DNA of 64,000 bases from Patescibacteria group bacterium (GCA_041660605.1 JBAZWB010000002.1:239940-303939), one strand, 5' to 3'. Positions 9,964 to 21,896 are shown, counted from the stretch's first letter. Translations and numbers: made by a program. Notes: generated by a model from the sequence alone, not told the origin.

Positions 9964-10091
9964 GCACAATACGTTTGCGCCTATCTCCCGAACCGCACCC
10001 GCGCAGAGAGCCTAAAAACTCTCTGCTTTTTTATTACGATAAAAAAGAGGCAGGTCTTCGTGACCCACCTCAAAAATGGAAAAATAGTTGC

Positions 10092-11204
10092 CTATGATTC
10101 TTGCGGAGGTAGCGTGATGCCCTCAGGTTCAAATATCACGCAACGTTCGCCTTCCTCGACCCTGCCTACTTCGAGTACTTCATAGCCGGCCAATGTACCT
10201 GCCTCGAGTGCTTTGTCTTTGTCCTGGGGAGAAACGAATATGTAGTAACCGATTCCCCAGTTAAAAGTAGACAAACAATTCTCGATGGAGATGCCGTGCT
10301 CGCGCATGAACTGAAATAGGACAGGAATGTCCCTGACCCAGGAATGAATGCGATAAGTGTAATCGCGCTTATCGAATGCGACCTTGGCCACTCCACCACC
10401 AGTGGCCGGGACCAGAGCATGTATATCTACTTCTGCTCCAAACAATGCTTCGATGAGTGCGACGTACGATCGTGTCGGGATCAAGGCTTCTTCACCGACC
10501 GTTTTACCGCCGGGTACCTTAGTCAGAAACGCCTCCGGCAGCTTCATGACGAGATCAATAACCGGAGAAATACCATTTGCGTGCAGGCCTGTCGATTTAG
10601 CGCCGATGATAATGTCTCCTGGACGGAGCTTCTCGCCGGTAATCAGTCGACTCTTTGGATTAATGACGCCCACCACACACCCACTAAAAGATGGAGCGCT
10701 TTTCACCGGTGGTGCGGCATTGACCAAAAATCTCAATGAAGGGGATTCGCCGGCCGGTATTGCCATGTTGACAAGCTCACACACTTCGTAAAACCCTGCC
10801 AAAAGATCGTCAACTCTCTTGGTATCTGTACCCCATTCGCTGTCACCAGCGGCAATCTCGTCAGTATAGATGATTGGCATCGCGCCTTGTGCAATATTGT
10901 CGTTGACCGCTGCTAAGGCAACATCAATACCGATACCTCGATAGTACGTCAGGCCGGTACCGGCATTCTGATACATCCATTCAGCAATCCAATCTTTGTT
11001 GCCCAGCCCTTCGATAGTCTGACAGAGTAGAACGCCAAGAATCTCATAGACCGCGCCGTGAGCATGCAGCAGATTGCGGTACACCTTCGCTCCCCGTTGA
11101 ACCGGAAAATCAAGTGTTCTTCCACACATGTCGACAATCCTGTCCTTGAAGACTCCTAGCTTATTGTAGTCGACTCCTGCTTGGGCATTTACATTTACTC
11201 CCAT
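10092..11204 (-). CDS. purM: PurM-like protein (phosphoribosylformylglycinamidine cyclo-ligase / AIR synthase family)
   Basis: GDIIIGAKSTGLHANGIS resembles the PurM SSGLHSNGFSL motif. The N-terminal domain is consistent with a PurM-type ATP-binding fold. Confidence 0.55.
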   Translation of the reverse strand: MGVNVNAQAGVDYNKLGVFKDRIVDMCGRTLDFPVQRGAKVYRNLLHAHGAVYEILGVLLCQTIEGLGNKDWIAEWMYQNAGTGLTYYRGIGIDVALAAVNDNIAQGAMPIIYTDEIAAGDSEWGTDTKRVDDLLAGFYEVCELVNMAIPAGESPSLRFLVNAAPPVKSAPSFSGCVVGVINPKSRLITGEKLRPGDIIIGAKSTGLHANGISPVIDLVMKLPEAFLTKVPGGKTVGEEALIPTRSYVALIEALFGAEVDIHALVPATGGGVAKVAFDKRDYTYRIHSWVRDIPVLFQFMREHGISIENCLSTFNWGIGYYIFVSPQDKDKALEAGTLAGYEVLEVGRVEEGERCVIFEPEGITLPPQES

Positions 11205-11361
11205 TACATACCTCTCTTGTTTGAATTGTGAAAAATTTACTGTTTCTGTCTTTATTATGTTTATATTACTTTAACTAATGAGTGCCACGCTGTCAAACAG
11301 CAAAAACCACCAATACAAAAAATCCCTACTCGTTGTACGGAGTGGTATGGATGTATTTCTT

Positions 11362-11640
11362 TTATCAGTGGGCGCAGATGCCCCGCACCATCTCGTTTCA
11401 CTCGAGGTGCGGGATTTCGTCCCCTTCGACTTCGCTCAGGGTCCTCAAGACTCTATTCGTTTTTATCAAAACAAAAATCATCCCCCCACTTTACTTGTCC
11501 CCCGTAGCCCGAATGTAATGGGGGCGAAGGGGGATAAGAGTGGTGCTCTAACTCCCGACCCCGCATGCGGGGTCGAGGATCCCCGAAGTTGTCGAAATCA
11601 TAGATTTCGACAACTTCGGGACAACTGAGTCCCAATGCTC
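11362..11640 (-). pseudogene. Scrambled or disrupted copy of tRNA-Ile(UAU) (att-site scar)
   Basis: Exact repeats of the tRNA 3' end (CAGTGGGCGCAGATG) and D/anticodon-arm segment (ATAAGAGTGGTGCTCTAAC). They are separated by GC-rich inserts. Confidence 0.5.
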
Positions 11641-11706
11641 CGGTCGGAACTATGTATCTAGCCGCTACAAAAATTAAACAGACGACAAATATATTTCTTT
11701 TATCAG

Positions 11707-11780
11707 TGGGCGCAGATGGATTTGAACCATCGACCCCCACTTTATAAGAGTGGTGCTCTAACCAACTGAGCTATGCGCCC
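11707..11780 (-). tRNA. tRNA-Ile, anticodon UAU
   Basis: Cloverleaf: acceptor GGGCGCA/TGCGCCC, anticodon stem CCACT/AGTGG with loop CTTATAA, T-arm GATGG-TTCAAAT-CCATC. Confidence 0.7.
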
Positions 11781-11872
11781 ACTGATAAAACAAATGACAA
11801 TTTAACTTAAAAAACTTATCACAAAAACAGCCAGAAGGTCAACTCATGCCGACTTTAATGACATTATTGGGT

Positions 11873-12883
11873 CTAAACTTTTTTCGCGGTCAGAGCGCCA
11901 AACCATCTCTTGAGCTTGCTTTCAGCTTTTTCGTCAACTAGCTTCAGGAAGATAAGCGTCCAGGCAACATATTGGTATGACACATAAGCTGAACCGATGA
12001 TGGCAATAATGACAAACCAGACGATCACCCCGATAATCGTCGCGGCCGCAAAAACTCCGCCCCAGCCCAATAAAAGCGCGGCCGAACTTATTAAAATAAA
12101 AGGGATTGCGGAAATACCCAGGGCCAATAGAATCACCAGGCCAACGCCTACCCCGATAACTAAAATTACAAAAGCCATCTCTACGCTGATCAGCCAGTTT
12201 TTCTTGAACAGCTCCCATCCCATTTTTACCGATTCCCCCGCCTGCTTGCCCTGGATGACTATATAAGCTACCGCGTATTTAATAATGAAAGAAATTATTA
12301 CTGAAATGGGGACATAGATGAAAAAAATGAGAAAGACAAAAAATAGGCCGCCCAAAATATTATTCCCGCCCAGGAAACTGGCCACCAAAGGAGCGCTCAA
12401 AACGATAAACAAGCCGTACATTATTACTTTGATGACTATATTTATCAACAATACTTTAGAAAAATATTTATTGCCTGACTGGTAGCCGTCCGCGTAGCTG
12501 ATTTTTTTTCCTTTATTGATTTTATTGGCTGAATCAAACAGGGCAATCTGCGAAATTATTGACAGCCAGATTATAACGATCAGCAGAACAACAAACATCA
12601 GCAGCATGAAAAAAGCCTGCCAGGGATATGAACTGAAAAACGCCTTCAGATTATCTGCGAGTGACGAGAGCAATCCTCCCTGGATCAGTGAATTCCAGCT
12701 GAAAATATTGTCGGTTTTTTCCGCCAAACCTGAATAATTTTTGAATACCGACTGGAACTCTCCGCCAGCACTCAGAAAAGCGGCGAAAAAACCGAAGAAC
12801 CATAAAAACCTATGCTGTTTAACCACCGTGAAAGCCTTTTTTAACACTTCACGGTAAGTTGAAAACTTCGGCGTAGTATCCAT
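11873..12883 (-). CDS. Polytopic membrane protein, unknown function
   Basis: 336 aa with several TM helices. Co-directional with ftsH. Confidence 0.5.
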   Translation of the reverse strand: MDTTPKFSTYREVLKKAFTVVKQHRFLWFFGFFAAFLSAGGEFQSVFKNYSGLAEKTDNIFSWNSLIQGGLLSSLADNLKAFFSSYPWQAFFMLLMFVVLLIVIIWLSIISQIALFDSANKINKGKKISYADGYQSGNKYFSKVLLINIVIKVIMYGLFIVLSAPLVASFLGGNNILGGLFFVFLIFFIYVPISVIISFIIKYAVAYIVIQGKQAGESVKMGWELFKKNWLISVEMAFVILVIGVGVGLVILLALGISAIPFILISSAALLLGWGGVFAAATIIGVIVWFVIIAIIGSAYVSYQYVAWTLIFLKLVDEKAESKLKRWFGALTAKKV

Positions 12884-12915
12884 ATTTTTCCTCCTTAAAT
12901 TAATTTTTATTTATT

Positions 12916-14754
12916 TTAAGCTGGTTCAATTACGGATTTTTTGAAGATTGACTCGAATTCCTCTCTCTCGATAGTCTCCTTGACTAAGAGGTGTTTCACG
13001 ATAACCTCTAAATACGGCCTGGTCTTTTTTATTATTTTCCTGGCCTTTTCGTAAGCGTTATTAATCAGCTTGGAAACCTCTTCGTCAATCAACTGGGCGA
13101 CTTTTTCTCCGTAGTCCCGCCGCTCGTGTATCTCGCGCCCGAGAAAAATCATCTCCTCGCGCTGGCCATAGGTGCGCGGGCCCAGTTCATCGCTCATGCC
13201 AAATTCCGTTATCAGCCGCCTGGCTATCTTAGTCGCCTGATTCAGGTCATTGGAAGCGCCGGTAGTGACTTCATGGAAAATTTCCTTCTCAGCCGCGTGG
13301 CCGGCCAATAAAACAGACAATTCATCGATAAAATAGGACTTAGCATACATATGCCTGTCCTCAACCGGCATTTTCAGGGTATAGCCGGCCGCCTGGCCCC
13401 GGGAAATAATGGATATTTTGTGCACCGGATCGGCATTGGGCAGCTGATGCGCCACTAAGGCGTGGCCGGCCTCGTGATATGCAGTAATGGTTTTTTCTTT
13501 CTTGGACATAACCCTGCTTTTCCGTTCCGGGCCGAGCATAACTTTTTCAATGCTCTCCAGGCAGTCTGTTTGCGTTATTGTTTTCTGATTGTGCCTGGCG
13601 GCCATTAAAGCGGCTTCATTCAGCAAATTAGCCAGGTCAGCGCCGGAAAATCCCGGTGTTCTTTCCGCCACAACGCGCAGATTGACGTCTGCTGCAAACG
13701 GTTTTTTGCGGCTGTGAACTTTTAAAATTTCCTCTCTGTCCTGTATATCCGGATCATCCAGCACCACGCGGCGGTCAAAGCGTCCCGGCCGAAGCAACGC
13801 CGGATCCAGTACGTCCGGCCTGTTGGTGGCGGCCATGACTATGACATTGGTATCGGTATCAAAACCGTCCATTTCCACTAAAATTTGATTCAATGTCTGC
13901 TCACGCTCATCATGTGAACCGCCGAGGCCAGCACCGCGCTGGCGACCGACCGCATCAATTTCATCCACAAAAACTATGCAGGGGGCGGCTTTCTTAGCCC
14001 TTTTGAACAAATCCCGCACGCGAGAGGCGCCAACGCCAACGAACATTTCCACGAATTCCGAGCCAGACATATGGAAAAAGGGGACATTGGCTTCTCCGGC
14101 TACTGCTTTGGCCAATAAAGTCTTGCCTGTTCCGGGAGAACCAATCAGCAATACGCCCTTGGGGATACGAGCTCCCAATGCTAGAAATTTTGAAGGATTT
14201 TTCAAAAAATCAATGACTTCCAGCAATTCCACCTTGGCTTCTTTTACGCCAGCGACGTCTTTAAAAGTAACCCGGTCGCGCTTTGTGAAAGTCTTCTGCT
14301 CGCGGGCGTTGCTCTGACCAAAAGACATGGCTTTGGTATTGGCTCCCTGCACCTGGCGCATCATAAACCAGAAAAAAGCCACGATCAGCAGAAACGGCAG
14401 CAGAAAAGGCAGGATAGCTCCCAGCCAATAACTGAAGCCCGAGGCTTGTTCAATGGCGACATCCACATTTTTTAGCTTAGCCGGATCTATCTTATAATCC
14501 GAGACAAGCGAACTCAGGGTATCATTGCTTTCTTTGTAGGAAATTTCCTGCGTACCATCATTCAGCGTTAATGAAAGCTTATCGCCGTTGATTTCTATCT
14601 TTTTTACCTGCTCCTGATTAACGCTATCGATTACTGCGGAAATGCTAACTGTTTTTGGCTTATCAAAATTACTGGAAAAAAGGCTGAAGACGCCCATAAC
14701 CACCAAAAATACCACGAAGAAAATCAAAAAATTTTTTAACAGATTTTTTCCCAT
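12916..14754 (-). CDS. ftsH: ATP-dependent zinc metalloprotease FtsH
   Basis: N-terminal TM helices, AAA+ Walker A (GSPGTGKT), SRH, and zinc-binding HEAGHAL. Confidence 0.95.
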   Translation of the reverse strand: MGKNLLKNFLIFFVVFLVVMGVFSLFSSNFDKPKTVSISAVIDSVNQEQVKKIEINGDKLSLTLNDGTQEISYKESNDTLSSLVSDYKIDPAKLKNVDVAIEQASGFSYWLGAILPFLLPFLLIVAFFWFMMRQVQGANTKAMSFGQSNAREQKTFTKRDRVTFKDVAGVKEAKVELLEVIDFLKNPSKFLALGARIPKGVLLIGSPGTGKTLLAKAVAGEANVPFFHMSGSEFVEMFVGVGASRVRDLFKRAKKAAPCIVFVDEIDAVGRQRGAGLGGSHDEREQTLNQILVEMDGFDTDTNVIVMAATNRPDVLDPALLRPGRFDRRVVLDDPDIQDREEILKVHSRKKPFAADVNLRVVAERTPGFSGADLANLLNEAALMAARHNQKTITQTDCLESIEKVMLGPERKSRVMSKKEKTITAYHEAGHALVAHQLPNADPVHKISIISRGQAAGYTLKMPVEDRHMYAKSYFIDELSVLLAGHAAEKEIFHEVTTGASNDLNQATKIARRLITEFGMSDELGPRTYGQREEMIFLGREIHERRDYGEKVAQLIDEEVSKLINNAYEKARKIIKKTRPYLEVIVKHLLVKETIEREEFESIFKKSVIEPA

Positions 14755-14897
14755 AGATATGTTATACGAGATATAAAATTAATAAATCAATTTATATTAT
14801 AACCTAAAACTCCAATTTTCGCAAACTGCAGAATCGGACATTAATAAAATCCCAAATCGAGTAAAATTGCGCCCCTAGCACCCCTAATAATGGTTGA

Positions 14898-16127
14898 TTA
14901 CTTTTTATCTTCCTTTGGCTTCTCTTCCGCGAGCTTCTCGTCTTTTGGCTTTTCCTTGGCAGGCTTTTCTTCTGCTGGTTTGACTTCCGCCGGCTTCTCT
15001 TCCACGGGCTTCTTGGCCGGGGCATCTTTTTTTTCACCTACGGCTTTCAAAGAAAGGCCCAGCCGGTGATTATCCGGCTCAATGGATAAAATTTTAAATT
15101 TATATTCTTTGCCTTCGGCCACCACCTCTGAGGGATTATTGATCCTTTCTTTTGATAATTCCGAAATATGCGCCAAGCCATGGATGTCCCTGTCCAATTC
15201 TACAAAAATACCAAAAGGATTTATTTTCAGCACTTTTCCCTCTACCACCTGGCCTATCGAATATTTTTTCATGGCAATCTGCCATGGATCCTGCTTCAAG
15301 GCTTTCAGAGAAAGTGAAATGCGCGAGCGGTCTATGCTGATTATTTTCGCCTTTACCTTGTCGGCGACCTTCACATAATCTCCCGGATTATCAATGCGCT
15401 GCCAGGCCAGTTCGGAGATATGCACCAAGCCCTCCAGCCCGTCGCCAAATTCGATAAACGCACCGAAATCGACTACACCCGTCACCACCCCTTCAACTAT
15501 ATCCCCGACTTTGTACTTAGAAATCACCTTCTGCTGCTTTTCTTCCCAGGCGGCCTTTTCTGAAACAATGAGCTTGTTATCCGCTTCATCAACGTCAATC
15601 ACCTTGACCTTGAATTCCTGATTGATGAATTTATTCAGAATTTCCAGTATCTTATTTTTATCACCACCTTCAACGCGCGGATAATGCTCTACGGTTAACT
15701 GTGAGACCGGCAAAAAACCGTCAATGCGCCCAATGGTGACCATCAAACCGCCCTTGTTTGCTTCAGTTATCGGGACGCTGATAATCTCACCCTTGGCCAT
15801 CAAATCGGTAAGATTCTGCCAGGCTTTCTGATGTCCGGCCTGGCGGAAAGATAATTCCATCTCGCCTTTTTCGTTTTCAATTTCCAGCACCGTCGCCTGG
15901 ACTTTATCGCCCACCTTCAAATCAGTGTACGCGCCGGACTCGTCAATTATTTCACGCCCGCGCACCACGCCGGAGGTCAGGCCGGCAACATCCAGATGTG
16001 CTTCGTTATTTGAGACCCCTAAAACGGTTGCCTCAACTACATCGCCGACTTTTGGTATAACCGGCTGATCAGGCCTGGCCAAAAGCTCGTCCATTTTTGA
16101 CTTTGATATTTTGTCTGTTTCGTTCAT
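14898..16127 (-). CDS. rpsA: 30S ribosomal protein S1 with a K/E/P-rich C-terminal tail
   Basis: Four S1 domains. Tail KKPVEEKPAEVKPAEEKPAKEKPKDEK. Confidence 0.85.
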   Translation of the reverse strand: MNETDKISKSKMDELLARPDQPVIPKVGDVVEATVLGVSNNEAHLDVAGLTSGVVRGREIIDESGAYTDLKVGDKVQATVLEIENEKGEMELSFRQAGHQKAWQNLTDLMAKGEIISVPITEANKGGLMVTIGRIDGFLPVSQLTVEHYPRVEGGDKNKILEILNKFINQEFKVKVIDVDEADNKLIVSEKAAWEEKQQKVISKYKVGDIVEGVVTGVVDFGAFIEFGDGLEGLVHISELAWQRIDNPGDYVKVADKVKAKIISIDRSRISLSLKALKQDPWQIAMKKYSIGQVVEGKVLKINPFGIFVELDRDIHGLAHISELSKERINNPSEVVAEGKEYKFKILSIEPDNHRLGLSLKAVGEKKDAPAKKPVEEKPAEVKPAEEKPAKEKPKDEKLAEEKPKEDKK

Positions 16128-16344
16128 ATTTTTAGAAATAAAAAAAGGGGGTTAACCCATACTCCAAAATTTTGAGGTATGAGCCCCATTTCCGACCAGA
16201 GCCTGGCCAAAATAGGGACAAATTAGCTTATTTAGTATTTGCCTTATTTTACTCTATTAATAAATTTTTGGCAAGTGCAATGATTGCGCGCCGGGAAATA
16301 ATAGATTGTAACTATGCGGAATTAATATATAATGATAATGAAAA

Positions 16345-17467
16345 GACAAATCCTATGGCCAAAGCCTATTTACCTCGCTTAAAAGTCGGCACGGCAAAAG
16401 ATATCGTTAAAAGCATTATTTCCACGCCTGCCGGGAAAAAAATCAGCGACTCAAAATTCAAAAGCTTCCTGAAAAACGACAAGGGCCTCAGGAAGTATTC
16501 CTATCTGAAAAAAGAGTCCCATCTGACCAAGTTACAGACAAAAAAATTCTTCAGTCAGGCGGTAAAATCAGTGAGCGACAGCAAGCAGCTGAAGATAGGC
16601 AGGCTGACTCAGAAAAGAATCGGCATCAAGCTGGATAAAAACGGCCAGCTAAGCACTCTGGGCCTGAAAAAAATATACGAGAGAGCCGCTGCCCAGGAAA
16701 TCGAAAGCTCGAAGCCGACCGGCCCAAGCCCGGAAGAGGTAGAAAGGCAGAAAAGACGGGAAACGGCGATACAGACTCTGCATAAAAGAGACCGGGCCGA
16801 TGAAGTGGCCGCAGATGCCAAAAATACCCAACCAAATGCCGGCAACACGCAGAATAAAGTACCCGCTCCGATTAACCGCCAGCCTATTACCAGCGGCCGC
16901 ACCGCTACTGGCAGTCAGGCGCAGAAACAGGGTGCTACTATCAACGACAACGTCGCCAGCCAAAAAAATTCTGCCGTTTCCCGGCCTCAGAAAAAAATCC
17001 CGCTGCTGCTGCTGCCAATTTATAACCTTTCCTTAAATAAAGCCGAAGCTGAACAGCTGACCAGGAAGACCGATCAGGTCCTGCAGTCAGCCATCCGTGG
17101 TTTTGGCATATTTAACATTATTTCAAATACGGAAATCGATCAGGCACTGGACAGTCTGGGGCTGAAAGAGCTGCCGGGCTACCGGGACGATGATTTAATT
17201 AATTCCTTGGCTGATCGCACCTCAGCTCAGCTTTATATTTTTGGATACTGCAATAAAAATGGCGATCAGGTTGAAATAAAAATTTACCTGGTAAACTCCC
17301 AGAATGGCAAAAAAATTGAATTATCAAGCATCAGGGGAGAAATGCGCGATTTATTCGAAATAGAAAGAAGAATAAACTGGCAAATTAATAATTCACTGAA
17401 ATCAGAAAAAGAAGAGGCCAGTGGCGGCAATGATACCCCAAAAAGAGCCGTGGATTTACCGATTTAA
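16345..17467 (+). CDS. Hypothetical protein with a low-complexity Q/S/T/A middle region
   Basis: ORF (frame opens at 16172 with TTG; first ATG at 16345). No recognisable domain. Confidence 0.4.
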
Positions 17468-17562
17468 CGCTATTTTTTAAACAATTTTCATTCTCCGGCC
17501 TCTTTACTGGAGGCAATAATAATGTTAATATAAACCTACTTATTAATTAAACTTTTGGTTAT

Positions 17563-18198
17563 ATGCACTTAACTTGGTTGGGTCAAGCCTGTTTTAAAAT
17601 ACAGGGCAAGGACGTTACAATAATTACCGATCCATTTGATCAAAAAATCGGATTAAAGCTTCCCCGGCTGCAGGCCAACATAGTAACGGTCAGCCATGAT
17701 CACTACGACCATAATAATATTGAAGCCGTCAAGGGCGACCCTTTTGTTATAACCCAACTGGGAGAATATGAAATAAAAAAAGTATTCATCCGCGGCATCA
17801 GTTCCTGGCACGACGACAAACAGGGCGCAGAGAGAGGAAGGAACATAATTTACACTTTCAATTTTGAAGATATAAAAATTGTCCATTTGGGCGATCTCGG
17901 CGCCAAACTGGACGATGAACAGCTGGATAAAATCGAGGATGTCGACATACTCCTCATACCGGTTGGCGGCATCTACACTCTAAACGGCAAACAAGCGGCA
18001 GAGCTGGTCAATGAAATAGAACCGCGAATTGTCGTCCCCATGCATTACAAGATTCCCGACCTGAAAGAAAAATTGAACAGCCTGGATGCCTTCTGCAATG
18101 AGATGGGCGTAAAAAACTATAACGCGGAAGAAAAATTAAAAATATCCAAACGCGATTTGCCGGCGGATGAAACAAAAGTGGTTGTTTTAAAAGTTTAA
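17563..18198 (+). CDS. Metallo-beta-lactamase-fold metal-dependent hydrolase (UPF0173-like)
   Basis: HxHxDH-type motif (VSHDHYDHNN) and a downstream His/Asp pattern typical of the MBL fold. Confidence 0.7.
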   Translation: MHLTWLGQACFKIQGKDVTIITDPFDQKIGLKLPRLQANIVTVSHDHYDHNNIEAVKGDPFVITQLGEYEIKKVFIRGISSWHDDKQGAERGRNIIYTFNFEDIKIVHLGDLGAKLDDEQLDKIEDVDILLIPVGGIYTLNGKQAAELVNEIEPRIVVPMHYKIPDLKEKLNSLDAFCNEMGVKNYNAEEKLKISKRDLPADETKVVVLKV

Positions 18199-18201
18199 TC
18201 T

Positions 18202-18666
18202 ATGGCCCCCTTAGACGGCATTACAGCCCCAAAAAATTTAAAAAGAATCCCCCCAAAAGCAAAGAATAATCGGAAGCAGCGCGGTGTTAAATTTAACGAA
18301 CCGAAAAAAAATCCCGAGCCAAAACTTATTAAGGAAACAAAGCCGGTCAAATCTTTACAGCCCGGCAAGCCTGCCAGCAAAGAAAAAACTATGTGGCTGC
18401 TGGTGGTCATAATTGCCGCGGTCATATTCGTCGGCTGGATATTCGCCTTCCCATATATTACGAAAACAAATTCGGATAAATCAAGCTACTTCGACCAGGT
18501 CGGCAGCAAGCTGGATAGTCTCTGGAATAACATCAAGGTGGATCTGCTGAACATCAAAGAAACGGTCAATAATAATTCAAATACAAACGTTAATTCCCAG
18601 CCAGCCAGCCCTGACAATCTGGAACAGAGGATATTCCCGCAGTTTAAAGATCCCAACAACCAATAA
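18202..18666 (+). CDS. Small basic protein with one TM helix, hypothetical
   Basis: Lysine-rich N-terminus, a single hydrophobic helix ([20 protein letters not shown]), and translational coupling to gyrA. Confidence 0.35.
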   Translation: MAPLDGITAPKNLKRIPPKAKNNRKQRGVKFNEPKKNPEPKLIKETKPVKSLQPGKPASKEKTMWLLVVIIAAVIFVGWIFAFPYITKTNSDKSSYFDQVGSKLDSLWNNIKVDLLNIKETVNNNSNTNVNSQPASPDNLEQRIFPQFKDPNNQ

Positions 18667-18668
18667 AC

Positions 18669-21161
18669 ATGCCCAATATTACCAAAAAACAAACCCCTAA
18701 ACCGGCAGATGACGATAAGCCTAAAACCTACAAAACAGAGGATCGGCAAATAATTCAGGAAATGCAGGAATCATATCTGGATTATGCCATGTCGGTCATC
18801 ATTTCGCGTGCCTTACCGGATGTACGCGACGGCATGAAACCGGTGCACCGGAGAATCCTGTATGCGATGTGGAGCGTCGGACTGCGCGCCAACGTAAAAT
18901 TCCGGAAATCAGCTACGGTAGTCGGTGAAGTTCTGGGCAAATACCACCCGCACGGCGATGCGGCTGTTTATGATTCGATGGCCAGAATGGCCCAGGATTT
19001 TTCCATGCGCTATATGCTGGTCAACGGGCAGGGAAATTTCGGTTCAATGGACGGCGACTCACCGGCAGCCATGCGCTATACCGAAGCCAAGCTCTCCAGA
19101 ATTTCCGAGGAGCTGATGTTTGACATTGATAAAAACACCGTTGACTTCATACCCAACTACGACGGTTCGCATCAGGAGCCCAGGGTTCTCCCGTCCAAAC
19201 TGCCGAATCTGCTTTTGAACGGCACGATGGGCATTGCCGTGGGCATGGCGACTTCGATCCCGCCACACAATCTGACGGAAATAATCGACGGCACTGTCCA
19301 TCTGATTGATAATCCCGACGCGTCCATCAATGATCTGATGAAATTCGTCAAAGGTCCGGATTTCCCGACCGGCGGAATTATTTATAACCATAAAGATATC
19401 GAACAAGCGTATGGCACCGGCAAAGGCTCTATCGTCATACGGGGCAAAGCGGAGATTGTCGAGGTGAAAACCGGGGTTTTCCATATTATCATCACTGAAA
19501 TACCCTACCAGGTGAATAAAGCCACGATGATTACGCACATTGCCGAGCTGGTGCAGGAGAAAAAACTGGAAGGCATCAGGGATCTAAGGGACGAATCTGA
19601 CAAAGACGGCGTACGGATCGTCATTGAATTGAAAAAAGACGCTTACCCGAAAAAAGTTCTGAATAAATTATATACCTTAACCAATCTGCAGACCTCTTTC
19701 CACGTGAACATGCTGGCCCTGGTGGACGGTATCCAGCCGCGGGTACTCAACCTGAAAACAATTTTTGAGGAATACATCAAGCACCGCCAGGTAGTGGTTA
19801 GGCGCAGGACGCAGTTTGACCTGGATCGTGCCGAAGATCGGGCGCACATCCTGAAAGGCCTGAAAAAAGCCGTTGATAACATCAACGCGGTTATCCGGGT
19901 AATCAAAGCCTCGAAAGACAAGGATCAGGCCAAGGTCAATCTCATTAAATCATTCAAATTTACCGACAAGCAAGCGGTAGCTATCCTGGAAATGCGCCTT
20001 TCGCAGCTGGCCAACCTGGAAAGGCTGAGGATTGAAGAGGAATTGAAGGAAAAAATAAAATTAATTGCAGAATTGAAAGCTATCCTAGGCTCGCCGAAAA
20101 AAATATTGGGAGTGATCAAAAAAGAACTGCAGGAAATAAAAGAAAAATTCGGCGATGGAAGGAGAACCGAAGTCAGCCCCAATCCCGTGGGCGAATTCAC
20201 CCAGGAAGACCTGATTCCCAATGAAGCGACAGTCATCATGGTGACCCTCGACGGATATATTAAAAGGGTGCCGCCGGAAACTTTTAAAGTCCAGAAGCGC
20301 GGCGGCCGGGGAGTCATCGGCCTGACGACCAAAGAGCAGGATACGGTTGACCGGTTGATTACCACCACGACTCACGCTGATTTGCTTTTCTTCACCAGCA
20401 AAGGCCGGGTTTTCCAGCTGAAAGCCTATGACGTGCCTTCCGCCTCTAGAACCGCCAAAGGCCAGGCGATCGTCAATTTCCTCCAGCTCGGGCAAAATGA
20501 AAAAGTATCAGCCGTCATGTCCCTGGAAGAGTTGGGCGACTACAAATACCTGGTTATGGTAACGCATAAAAGCATCATTAAAAAAGTTGACATAGCGGAC
20601 TTCCATGAAGTACGCCGGTCCGGGCTGATCGCCATCAAGCTGAAAGGCGACGATCAGCTGGAACGGGTTAAGCCGTCATCCGGCAGTGACGATATTATCC
20701 TGGTTACCGGAAACGGCCAGTCCATCAGATTCAAGGAAAAACAGGTCAGGCCGATGGGCCGCAACGCCGCCGGCGTCAGGGCCATCAAGCTGAAAGGCGA
20801 CGATTATATCGCCGGTCTGGATCTCATCAATGACGGCAAAGCGGAGCAGAATGAACAGCTGCTGGTGGTCATGGAAAACGGCTACGGCAAAAGATCCGGC
20901 CTAAAAAATTACCGCCTCCAGGGACGCGGCGGCTCCGGCGTCAGGACCGCTAAAATCACGCCAAAAACCGGAAAAGCCGTAGCTGCTTTTATCGTCAACG
21001 CTAAATTGGAGAAAGAAGACGTAATTATCATCTCCGTCAAAGGCCAGGTCATCAGGCTGCCGCTGAAATCCGTTTCCGTGCTCGGCCGCGCCACGCAGGG
21101 CGTCAGGCTGATGCGCTTCTCGGAAGCGGGAGACAAAGTCGCCAGCGTGACGTTTGTGTAA
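18669..21161 (+). CDS. gyrA: DNA gyrase subunit A
   Basis: Active-site [10 protein letters not shown], a QRDR-like region, and C-terminal beta-pinwheel repeats. Confidence 0.95.
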   Translation: MPNITKKQTPKPADDDKPKTYKTEDRQIIQEMQESYLDYAMSVIISRALPDVRDGMKPVHRRILYAMWSVGLRANVKFRKSATVVGEVLGKYHPHGDAAVYDSMARMAQDFSMRYMLVNGQGNFGSMDGDSPAAMRYTEAKLSRISEELMFDIDKNTVDFIPNYDGSHQEPRVLPSKLPNLLLNGTMGIAVGMATSIPPHNLTEIIDGTVHLIDNPDASINDLMKFVKGPDFPTGGIIYNHKDIEQAYGTGKGSIVIRGKAEIVEVKTGVFHIIITEIPYQVNKATMITHIAELVQEKKLEGIRDLRDESDKDGVRIVIELKKDAYPKKVLNKLYTLTNLQTSFHVNMLALVDGIQPRVLNLKTIFEEYIKHRQVVVRRRTQFDLDRAEDRAHILKGLKKAVDNINAVIRVIKASKDKDQAKVNLIKSFKFTDKQAVAILEMRLSQLANLERLRIEEELKEKIKLIAELKAILGSPKKILGVIKKELQEIKEKFGDGRRTEVSPNPVGEFTQEDLIPNEATVIMVTLDGYIKRVPPETFKVQKRGGRGVIGLTTKEQDTVDRLITTTTHADLLFFTSKGRVFQLKAYDVPSASRTAKGQAIVNFLQLGQNEKVSAVMSLEELGDYKYLVMVTHKSIIKKVDIADFHEVRRSGLIAIKLKGDDQLERVKPSSGSDDIILVTGNGQSIRFKEKQVRPMGRNAAGVRAIKLKGDDYIAGLDLINDGKAEQNEQLLVVMENGYGKRSGLKNYRLQGRGGSGVRTAKITPKTGKAVAAFIVNAKLEKEDVIIISVKGQVIRLPLKSVSVLGRATQGVRLMRFSEAGDKVASVTFV

Positions 21162-21180
21162 AATATTATAATAAAAAAAT

Positions 21181-21207
21181 AAACCGCTCCCAGCTGGGGG
21201 CGGTTTT
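21181..21207. terminator. Bidirectional terminator between gyrA and a convergent gene
   Basis: AAACCGC-TCCCAGCTGGGG-GCGGTTT extended palindrome. Confidence 0.6.
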
Positions 21208-21224
21208 GCCTTGTAAACGGAAAA

Positions 21225-21896
21225 TTATTTTCGGTCTAGATCAATTTTCCGTTTGAACTTTTTTATCCTTTCGCCAATCATATCCGAAGACGTATGTGTG
21301 GTCTGAAAAAAATCCAGCATAAACTTATCTCCACCAAGCACAGCCTGTACCCCCAAATCGTCATCTGCTGTTGATACCAACCCGAGGTTCAAACTCGCCG
21401 AATATTTTTCATTTGCCATGAGCAGACATCCAATCCAATACGGAGTCTCCCCGGATACATCCTGAACATAACTGCTAGCCTGACAATTAAAGGGGTTTGG
21501 GCCTAATTTCCTGGCGAATAATGTATACCGAAGCATCTGATACAGCTCAAGATCAAATTGCTCTCGCGCGTACGGTTCTGAGTTTTCTAGCCGCCGACTA
21601 AAGTTACGCGAAATACCGCATCTGGCGCACTCCACTTTATATCCGGCAATCCCCTCGGAACCTGCATTGGGATATTGTTTTAATATCGGAGTAAGCACCA
21701 GCGGGCCTTCACACTTTACGGAAAGTGAAATCTCGGCCATGCTATTAGTCGAAGCGATATTCCAGTGGGTTCCCAGTCGAATAGCTTTCCCACCAAACAA
21801 TTTGGTGTGTCTTCCGAATCCTACCGGGATAATGATATTTTCTCCCTTTACCCGATAAAGTTCAGGAATGTTGCGCATAATGACTCCTTCCGCCAT
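21225..21896 (-). CDS. Hypothetical protein
   Basis: 223-aa ORF convergent with gyrA. No recognised motif. Confidence 0.45.
   Translation of the reverse strand: MAEGVIMRNIPELYRVKGENIIIPVGFGRHTKLFGGKAIRLGTHWNIASTNSMAEISLSVKCEGPLVLTPILKQYPNAGSEGIAGYKVECARCGISRNFSRRLENSEPYAREQFDLELYQMLRYTLFARKLGPNPFNCQASSYVQDVSGETPYWIGCLLMANEKYSASLNLGLVSTADDDLGVQAVLGGDKFMLDFFQTTHTSSDMIGERIKKFKRKIDLDRK

Noticed and set aside
8799-10030. CRISPR array hypothesis for the repeated GCAGAGAG...CTCTCTGC elements
   Set aside because: Only three copies. They are spaced 500–640 bp apart, with protein-coding genes between them. There are no short uniform spacers and no cas genes. They behave as terminator hairpins.
11278-11740. 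ORFs 11278–11628 (+) and 11453–11740 (-)
   Set aside because: They cover the tRNA-Ile gene and its scrambled duplicate. The sequence is explained better as an RNA gene and scar region.
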